Of a stretch of 58,610 bases of DNA, positions 52,301-58,610 are shown piece by piece. Both the position numbers and the translations under genes were made by a program. Below the pieces are notes generated by a model. It was not told the DNA's origin. It made no database searches and saw only the letters and a list, made by a program, of their open reading frames with translations. Each line of letters starts with the position of its first letter. Positions within the stretch are counted from its first letter, which is position 1. Origin of the DNA: a virus (Duplodnaviria > Caudoviricetes); the IMG/VR virus record IMGVR_UViG_3300037041_000775, positions 1 through 58,610 of that record. The stretch is one strand, 5' to 3'.

Positions 52301-53635
52301 TTGATCGCACGTCCCCCGTTCAGCGGCTACTCCTTCGACACGTCGGGTGTGCTTCCCCCCGGCACGGCGGCTTCGCCGCGCATGGGGAACACCATCGTCG
52401 TGGATCAGATCAACGGCGACGATACGACGGGCGCGATCAACGGGCTCCCGTTCCAGACCGTGAACGCCGCCGTGACCTACATGGGCACGCTCGTCCTCCC
52501 GGCAGGCGGCGTGACGGTGTGGATTCTCCCCGGCACCTACACCCTGACGGCGGGCCTGACGATCCCCGACACCTGCTCACTCCGTGGCCTGTCCACGCAG
52601 ACTACGCGCATCCAGTGGGCCGCGAGCGTCCCCGGTGGCACGGCGACGCTCCTCACGATGGGCGAGAACACCCGTGTCGAAGACGTGACGCTCACGCTCA
52701 CCTCGACCAACGCGACGACGAACCTCGTGGGCGTTCGCACGCCGAACACGACGAGCAACACGTCGAAGCTGCGAACCTGTGTCGTGACCGTGAACAACGC
52801 GGGCCTCGCTGTGGGCACCAGCACGAACGTCTACGGCATCCTTGACGACGGGACGGGGACGCTCGGCCCAAGTACGTTCTCGTTCAACTTCACTCGCGCA
52901 GTCACCGTCAACGTGCTCTCCAACGGTGGGGGCGTGAAGCGCGGCGTGCTCGTGAGTGGGGCCAACGACATCACGTTCCGCGACACGAACATTTACGTCG
53001 CCGCGCCGACCGACGCGGGGTCCACCGGCTCGTACCACGGCGTCGAGACGACGAACAACGACAGCGACGCGGAGTTCCGGACCTGCTCCATCAGCGGTCC
53101 CTCGACAGCGGGCGGGTACACGGGGAGCGACATCCTCCAGACCGCCCCGACGGTCGGCGTCATCACGAACAAGGGCATCCAGTTGGGGCCGGGTGTTGAC
53201 CTCGTCAACAAAACCGCAGGTGGAAAGCCCTTCACGACCTACGTCACGCCCACGACCATCATCTACGGGTTGCAGGGAAACGTGAACGACGCGGTGCGGT
53301 ACTACTGGCCGGGGGTGCAGAACGCTGGCGATGCCACGCAGGTGTTTTACAGGTTTCAACAGAAGTCCATCGTGCAGGGCATGAGCATCAACCTGCGCGT
53401 GGCTCCCGGCGGGGCGAACAGCGTCGTCGTGACGGTGCTGAAGAGCACGACGGGTGTGGTGGGGAGCGGCGTGGCGACCGTGATGACGGCGACGGTGGCC
53501 GGGGCCAACACGTCAGCGGTGCAGTATGGCGTCAGCGTAGACTTCGCGCAGGGCGAATACCTCGCCGTGCAGACGGACGGCATCCCCGTCGCGGGAGCCG
53601 CCGCCGATATGGTGATCGAACTCGACATTTTCTGA
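52301..53635 (+). CDS. Spike or receptor-binding protein, probable beta-helix (444 aa)
   Basis: GDDTTG...PFQTVNAAV...ILPGTY pectin-lyase-like start; N-terminal RPPFSGY; TTG start. Confidence 0.7.
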   Translation: MIARPPFSGYSFDTSGVLPPGTAASPRMGNTIVVDQINGDDTTGAINGLPFQTVNAAVTYMGTLVLPAGGVTVWILPGTYTLTAGLTIPDTCSLRGLSTQTTRIQWAASVPGGTATLLTMGENTRVEDVTLTLTSTNATTNLVGVRTPNTTSNTSKLRTCVVTVNNAGLAVGTSTNVYGILDDGTGTLGPSTFSFNFTRAVTVNVLSNGGGVKRGVLVSGANDITFRDTNIYVAAPTDAGSTGSYHGVETTNNDSDAEFRTCSISGPSTAGGYTGSDILQTAPTVGVITNKGIQLGPGVDLVNKTAGGKPFTTYVTPTTIIYGLQGNVNDAVRYYWPGVQNAGDATQVFYRFQQKSIVQGMSINLRVAPGGANSVVVTVLKSTTGVVGSGVATVMTATVAGANTSAVQYGVSVDFAQGEYLAVQTDGIPVAGAAADMVIELDIF

Positions 53636-53652
53636 CCCTCGGAGCCTCCTCT

Positions 53653-54057
53653 ATGCCCCCTCGGAACCTCGACTACCCGATGCCGATGCACGGTCGCATG
53701 GTACGCCAGCGGCTGTGGGAAGTGCAGCAGGACGCCGCCGCGCTCTACGACACGCTGCGCGACGATGACCGCGTCCCGGCGTGGACGCTGGACAAGGTCG
53801 CGACCGGCGGCGACCGCATCGGACAGGTGAGCCGCTACCTGCGGTTCAAGGCGCGCAACCCGATCCAGTGGGGCGCTCCCGATGTCGGAGCGAAGCGTGA
53901 CCCGTGGGGCACCATCAAGGTGTTCGCCCTGTTCGGTGGGGCGTTGATCGCCGCGACGGCGCTCATGGCGTTCGCCGCGAAGTCGCTGGACACGATGACG
54001 CCGGTTCCGACGAAGCCGAAGCGGAAGAAGCGTCGCCCGACGTACTACGCCTTCTGA
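53653..54057 (+). CDS. Putative virion membrane protein (134 aa)
   Basis: GGAG RBS; ARNP, TM helix, basic tail. Confidence 0.65.
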   Translation: MPPRNLDYPMPMHGRMVRQRLWEVQQDAAALYDTLRDDDRVPAWTLDKVATGGDRIGQVSRYLRFKARNPIQWGAPDVGAKRDPWGTIKVFALFGGALIAATALMAFAAKSLDTMTPVPTKPKRKKRRPTYYAF

Positions 54058-54064
54058 GGTCACG

Positions 54065-54724
54065 ATGGCACTGCCAACGCTTCCCGACGATCCCTTCTAC
54101 GCTGCAATCTTGCGCGGCATCGGTGCGCCCGTCTCGGACAACACCCGCATGGCGCTCTACGCATGGCGGCAGGCGGAAGGCGGCGCGGCGACCTACAACC
54201 CGTTCAACACGACGAAGAAGCTGCCGGGATCGACGCTCTATGCGTCGAACACGCACGGGGTCCAGAACTACCTGACCCCGCAGCAAGGCGTCGAGGCGAC
54301 CGTCGCGACGCTGTCGCTCGGGAAGTACAGCGGCGTCGTCAACGCGCTGCGCGGTGACAAGTCGCCCGAAGAGTTTGCGGCGGCGGTCATCGCGTCCCCG
54401 TGGGGCACGAAGGATCTGCTGACGAAGGTGATTGCGATGTTCCGCCGGGGACGGCTCGTCGTGGCGTCGATCCCGGCCCGCGCCGGGGCACCGTCCATCG
54501 CGTCGCTGACACCGCCCGCCGTGCCCGCCGTGCTGCCGGAGACGCGACCCGCGAAGCCCCCGAAGCGTCGGCGCTCGGCGCTGGCGTTGTGGCTCGCGGC
54601 CGGTGGGATCACCGTCCTGCTGGGCATCGCCGCGTTCGCGCTGCTGTCGCGGACGCCGTCCCGTGCGCCCGCGATGCCTTCCGCCGCAGCGTTCCGGACG
54701 AACCGTCGGCGTCGTCGGCGTTAG
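54065..54724 (+). CDS. Membrane-anchored lysozyme-like muralytic protein
   Basis: AWRQAEGG...YNPFNTT...GVQNY...SPWGT pattern; C-terminal TM and TNRRRRR. Confidence 0.6.
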   Translation: MALPTLPDDPFYAAILRGIGAPVSDNTRMALYAWRQAEGGAATYNPFNTTKKLPGSTLYASNTHGVQNYLTPQQGVEATVATLSLGKYSGVVNALRGDKSPEEFAAAVIASPWGTKDLLTKVIAMFRRGRLVVASIPARAGAPSIASLTPPAVPAVLPETRPAKPPKRRRSALALWLAAGGITVLLGIAAFALLSRTPSRAPAMPSAAAFRTNRRRRRR

Positions 54725-54733
54725 GGGAGCGGC

Positions 54734-55429
54734 ATGTACACGTCGCAGAACAAGTGGCCCGCGTCCGCTGACCGCAACGCGATCAACGTGCGGACGTTCA
54801 CCGTGCCTGTCCGCAACGGCTCAGTGAAGGTGCCGCTCCGTGCCGAAGTCGCGCCGCGCCTGACGGCGATGATCCAGTGGTGGGATCAGAACGTCGAGCC
54901 CGTCTACACGACGGGGTCGAGCGCCGGAACGTGGGGCTACGCCTACCGCACCATCAAGGGCTACACGACGACGCTGTCGAACCACGCTTCGGGTACGGCG
55001 ATTGACATCAACGCCCCGCTGCACCCGCTGGGGAAGCGCAACACCGTCCCGGCGGACAAGGCCGTAGCAATCCGCGCGAAGGCCCGTGAACTCGGGCTGC
55101 GCTGGGGCGGCGACTACGCCAACCGCCCCGACGAAATGCACTTCGAGATCAACTTCGCGCCGACGGGCACCGTGGCGCAGTCGCAGACGCAGTCGATCAC
55201 CAGCGCGGCGACGGACACGGCGGCGCTGGCGCTCGAAGCCAGCAAGGCGACGGCGCGGGCAGCGGCCCGCGACGCGAAGCGGAAGCTACAACGCAACTGG
55301 ATCGTCGTGGGCGTCGGGCTCGCTGCCGCGCTGCTGCTCTTCGGCGGCGTGGCGCTGTCGCGCCGGAAGAAACTCCCGGCGCTCCCCGCGCCTCCAGCGG
55401 CAAACCCGCGACGCCGTCGCCGTCGTTAG
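54734..55429 (+). CDS. Membrane-anchored M15-family peptidoglycan peptidase
   Basis: SNHASGTAIDIN, LRWGGDY, DEMHFE; C-terminal TM and ANPRRRRR. Confidence 0.85.
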   Translation: MYTSQNKWPASADRNAINVRTFTVPVRNGSVKVPLRAEVAPRLTAMIQWWDQNVEPVYTTGSSAGTWGYAYRTIKGYTTTLSNHASGTAIDINAPLHPLGKRNTVPADKAVAIRAKARELGLRWGGDYANRPDEMHFEINFAPTGTVAQSQTQSITSAATDTAALALEASKATARAAARDAKRKLQRNWIVVGVGLAAALLLFGGVALSRRKKLPALPAPPAANPRRRRRR

Positions 55430-56304
55430 CGCCGAGCCAGCGCGGCCTTCGCGCGAGCGTAAAGTTTGGCGTCGCCGTGCTGCGCGGCGTCCTGCATCAC
55501 GTCTTCGATCTGCGCGCGGCTCATCTTCGACCACGGGATCCGGGCCTTCTGGAGGGCGTAGAACATCGCGTCCGCGCCCATGCTGTTCTTCCGCTGACGG
55601 ACGGTGCGACGACGAGGGTTGCGCTTCGGCCCCTTGCCGATGGAAACGAGGAGCGCATCGCGCTTCGGGCCGGTAGCGTCGCTCTCTTCCAGCAACACCC
55701 ATGAACCGGAATGGACACGCTTGTCAGCGATGCCCGCCGCCAGCGCGGCCTTCAGGGACACGGCGTCGTTGTCCCCGATGGCGGTGATCTCGTACCATCC
55801 CTTCGGGCCGCGCACTTCGTCGCCAAGATGGTAGCGGGGCGATGCGAGGTCGGCGGTGATGATGCCCGCTGCCGCTTCCTTCGCCGCTGCCTTTTCGGCC
55901 TTGCGCTGGGCAGCGAGCAGCTTCTTCTGCCGCTTTGCTTCGGCGGCGGCTTCTTGCTCTTCTCGCCACGCCTTCTGCCGCTTCGCGTAGCGGACATTCT
56001 CAATGGGCGCGACGGTGTGGTACAGGTAGTCCTTCAACTCCGCATATACGGGGCGCGCAGCAGCGAGGTATTCATCGTCCTGTTCGTAACCGGACGGTGT
56101 CTCTTCTTCCTCGATGTCCCCCTTGAGCGAAATCAGTAGGCGCTCGTAAGCGTTGCCAAGTTCCGTCAAGGCGTCGTCGGAGAGGGCTTCCAGCTTATGC
56201 GGCGGCGGGAAGGGGAGGGCAGCGGCCTTCGCCAGCCGCGCATACACGCTTTCGGAAGCGCGAACGGGGTTGCGGCGGCGGGTGGTGCGGCGGCGGGTCG
56301 GCAT
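55426..56304 (-). CDS. Modular protein with RRNP, KRNP and RKNS motifs (292 aa)
   Basis: GAGG RBS; starts MPTRRRTTRRRNP; convergent stop overlap at 55426-55429. Confidence 0.7.
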   Translation of the reverse strand: MPTRRRTTRRRNPVRASESVYARLAKAAALPFPPPHKLEALSDDALTELGNAYERLLISLKGDIEEEETPSGYEQDDEYLAAARPVYAELKDYLYHTVAPIENVRYAKRQKAWREEQEAAAEAKRQKKLLAAQRKAEKAAAKEAAAGIITADLASPRYHLGDEVRGPKGWYEITAIGDNDAVSLKAALAAGIADKRVHSGSWVLLEESDATGPKRDALLVSIGKGPKRNPRRRTVRQRKNSMGADAMFYALQKARIPWSKMSRAQIEDVMQDAAQHGDAKLYARAKAALARR

Positions 56305-56330
56305 GGCTCAGACCTCGGAGCGTGTAGTGT

Positions 56331-56741
56331 TTAGGCCAGTTTCTTCTGCGCGGCGCTCAGTGCGTTGAACGCTGTCTGCAAGTGCTTCGTCGCAGCGGCC
56401 AGCTTGCTGACCTCGGCCTTCGTCAAGTGCTCACGACGGAACGTCAGATCCTTGTCGATCTCGTACCCCGCCTGCGCTGAGATAACGTCTTTCGCCTGCT
56501 CGATCAGAGCGATGATGTTGCCGACGTTGCTGATGGGGTTGCGGCGGCGGTTGCCCCGCAGGCCCGCCGTCACACGCTTCCCGGCGGTAGCAGCAGCGGC
56601 CTTCGATGCGTAGGGGCCGAAGACGGCGGCGTAGCCGCCCCACGGCTGGCCTTCCGCGAAGTGTCGATCCGACTGAAAGACATCGGGGTGGACGCCCCCG
56701 TTCCCGGCGGGCATCGCGCCGACGTACCACTGCTTCTTCAT
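56331..56741 (-). CDS. Two-module protein split by GNRRRNP (136 aa)
   Basis: GGAG RBS; FGPYASKAAA motif. Confidence 0.7.
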   Translation of the reverse strand: MKKQWYVGAMPAGNGGVHPDVFQSDRHFAEGQPWGGYAAVFGPYASKAAAATAGKRVTAGLRGNRRRNPISNVGNIIALIEQAKDVISAQAGYEIDKDLTFRREHLTKAEVSKLAAATKHLQTAFNALSAAQKKLA

Positions 56742-56772
56742 GGTGCTGGCTCCGTCCGCGACCCTTAGCGGC

Positions 56773-56817
56773 CCAAAACGGCGAAGGCCACCGGGGACGT
56801 TGCCCCGGTGGCCTTCG
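56773..56817 (-). terminator. Intrinsic terminator
   Basis: 15-bp stem CGAAGGCCACCGGGG / CCCCGGTGGCCTTCG followed by CCGTTTT on the - strand. Confidence 0.75.
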
Positions 56818-56835
56818 GTTGACGAGCGGCGCGGT

Positions 56836-58236
56836 CTACGCGACAGCGGCGCGGGCGAACACCGGCATCAACTCCCCGGCGCGGTGCTCCAGCGCGGCGC
56901 GCTGGAACTCGGTCCACTGCGCTTCGTGCGCGGCGCGCGTGACGGCGTTCAGCAGATCCGCGAGCGTGTCCCCCGGCTCGACCGTGTAGGCGTTCAGCAG
57001 CGCCTCCACGGTGGCGTCGCGGGCCGTCCCGGCGTCGATCTCGCCCTTCTCCACGAGCCCCGTGAGCGCGGCGGGCACGTCCTTGTAGGTCTGCCCGAAC
57101 AGCGACACGGACGCGACCGGCGTCGCACGGGTGATCTTCCAATCGCGGGCGAACGCGCCGAACGCTTCGGGGACAGCCTTGATCGTCGCGGCGATCTCGG
57201 TCACGACGCCGTCGAGGTTGCCACGGTGCGCGCGGCGGAAGGCAGCGAGGTAGGCGTCCGCGATGGTCAGGTTGACGCAGAGGATGCGGGTCGCGGCCAT
57301 CGACACGCGGAACCCGCCGTTCGCGGCGTCCGCCGTCGAGCCCGCGACGCCGACGCGGAGCACGTCGCCCACGCGGGGATCGATCTCCTGCGGAGCCATC
57401 CACGCGGCTTCCCAGCGGACGCGGGTGGACGCGGGATCGTAGACGACGCTGCCGCGCATTCCTTCCCCGGCGAGCGCCTGAGCGACGCCGTGCAGGACGC
57501 GATCCGCTTGCGCCGTCGTCGGGTAGGTCGCGGAGACGGCGCGGAACGCCTGCCACGCCCCGCCGACGTTGCGGACGCCGATCTTCGCCACCGTGTCGGG
57601 CAGCTTCGCGGCCTGACGGTTCCAGACTTCGGCGCGGAGGTCGGGATCGAGCGTGCGAAGCAGCGGCTTCGCGCTCGGGAGGACGGTGGACGCCATGCCG
57701 ACGAGCGTGTCCCACGCCGCCGGTTCCAGCGGGATCGAGCCCTTGCCGCGCGTGATCTGGCCGTCGGCGGTGATCCGAATGTCGCGGAGGGCGACGACGA
57801 AGTCGGTGCGGCGCTCGGCGGTGATCGCCTTCGCGGCGTCGTTCGCCGCCTCTTCGATCAGCGGCTTCTGCGCGTGATCCGTCGCGAGCGCGCGGAACTT
57901 GTCCTTGCCCGACTGTGCCAGCGGGGTGCCGACGGCGAAGAACGGCTTCGGGAGAGCGAAGCCCATCGCGTCGAGCGCGGCCATGTGCTGCGCGTTGCGG
58001 GCCTGCGCGGCCTGCGCCCCGGCGTCGGTTGCCGTCTGCTTTGGCGGCGGGACGTGGCCGGGGGCGGGGGGCTCGGCCTTGACGGCGACGGGCTCGATCT
58101 TCAGCAGCTTGCCGGTGAAGCCGTTCGCCGCGTAAAGCTTCATCGCGTCGGGGGCCGGAAGCACCGTCTCGGTGCCATCGAGCGCGATGTAGCGGAGGGT
58201 GTCGGGGGTCGGGGGGAGGGTCGGGTCGGTTGCCAT
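56836..58236 (-). CDS. DUF932-like protein (466 aa)
   Basis: AGGAG RBS; RAVSATY and RILCVNL...RRAHRG motifs; has its own promoter and terminator. Confidence 0.65.
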   Translation of the reverse strand: MATDPTLPPTPDTLRYIALDGTETVLPAPDAMKLYAANGFTGKLLKIEPVAVKAEPPAPGHVPPPKQTATDAGAQAAQARNAQHMAALDAMGFALPKPFFAVGTPLAQSGKDKFRALATDHAQKPLIEEAANDAAKAITAERRTDFVVALRDIRITADGQITRGKGSIPLEPAAWDTLVGMASTVLPSAKPLLRTLDPDLRAEVWNRQAAKLPDTVAKIGVRNVGGAWQAFRAVSATYPTTAQADRVLHGVAQALAGEGMRGSVVYDPASTRVRWEAAWMAPQEIDPRVGDVLRVGVAGSTADAANGGFRVSMAATRILCVNLTIADAYLAAFRRAHRGNLDGVVTEIAATIKAVPEAFGAFARDWKITRATPVASVSLFGQTYKDVPAALTGLVEKGEIDAGTARDATVEALLNAYTVEPGDTLADLLNAVTRAAHEAQWTEFQRAALEHRAGELMPVFARAAVA

Positions 58237-58265
58237 TCGCTACTCCTGTTGAGCGGGGCCTGTCC

Positions 58266-58293
58266 ATCATAGCCACCCGTTGACACCTGTCAA
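58266..58293 (-). promoter_or_regulatory. Strong sigma70-like promoter with palindromic operator
   Basis: TTGACA-N16-TATGAT containing TTGACA-GG-TGTCAA. Confidence 0.8.
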
Positions 58294-58324
58294 GCGTCGA
58301 TCTGGCGCTTTGGCATCACTCGCT

Positions 58325-58544
58325 GAAACTCGCGAGTTTCCCCGGCGACGGGCATAGGGCATAGGGGGTAGCGGTTATCGGGCCGCTGCGGAAAGAGGGC
58401 TATGCCGCTATGGGCATAGGGGCATAGCGGCACGACGCTCCGTCGAGTGCGAAGGCATAGGGCATAGCCACCTATGAAGAAAGTGCCCCAACGCGGCATA
58501 GCTGCTACCTTGCCGGGGTCATTCCTCATACGGATAGGGCATAG
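58325..58544. repeat. Iteron-like region: 16-bp palindrome plus GGCATAG heptamers
   Basis: GAAACTCGCGAGTTTC at 58325-58340; GGCATAG at 58351, 58358, 58413, 58421, 58454, 58461, 58495 and 58538, plus an inverted copy at 58400. Confidence 0.8.
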
Positions 58545-58610
58545 CGCGCCTCAGAAAAATCTCTCTCTACCCCCAAAGATCCTCATAGGGGTCCGAAAAC
58601 AGGGTCATAA

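Larger units (their letters stand above)
1..58610. mobile_element. Virus or virus-like element, probably tailless and membrane-containing; likely incomplete at the left edge
   Basis: Phage-type replication, recombination and lysis genes, overlapping start/stop codons in long co-directional blocks, no cellular housekeeping genes, and no recognisable terminase, portal or tail genes. Confidence 0.85.

Noticed and set aside
58351-58544. GGCATAG repeats as a CRISPR array, and ORF 58290..58529 as a gene
   Set aside because: The repeats are 7 bp with irregular spacing. The ORF has atypical codons and runs into the promoter.
1-58610. tRNA, rRNA, IS elements, attL/attR or terminal repeats
   Set aside because: I recognised none by eye and saw no match between the two ends. 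A covariance-model scan and self-alignment would be needed to exclude them.

Overview
The window is a GC-rich (roughly 70% by eye), gene-dense stretch of what looks like one viral genome or viral element. It has no host housekeeping genes, rRNA, tRNA or CRISPR. The first gene is cut by the left edge, so the element is probably incomplete. Layout: (i) a + strand virion block (1-32345) with many small C-terminally membrane-anchored proteins, a transglutaminase-like Cys enzyme, an Arg-rich core-like protein, four tandem beta-rich capsid-candidate genes, two giant proteins (one with two HipA/PI3K-like kinase domains), a Nudix, an SNF2 and fibre proteins; (ii) a - strand replication/recombination block (32346-46708) with a Xer-like tyrosine recombinase, Rad50-like ATPase, adenine MTase, HTH, UDG-fused family A DNA polymerase, SSB-like protein, Sak4-like ATPase and Cas4-like nuclease; (iii) a lysis cassette (46812-49094); (iv) small - strand genes, a second virion-type block (51047-56741), a DUF932-like gene and an iteron-like right end. 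I see no terminase, portal, HK97 capsid or tail genes. My inference is a large tailless, internal-membrane dsDNA virus. The most striking signal is a set of short shared peptide tags: basic-Asn-Pro/Arg (RRNP), RFxPSxY, aromatic-Gly, RPPFSGY and two small shared domains. They mark virion and cargo proteins, are nearly absent from replication proteins, and suggest a protease-processing or cargo-addressing system. A 14-bp promoter-embedded operator (7 good copies plus 1 weak) and a dif-like site are directly visible in the DNA. All family assignments come from motif recognition by eye, not database searches.
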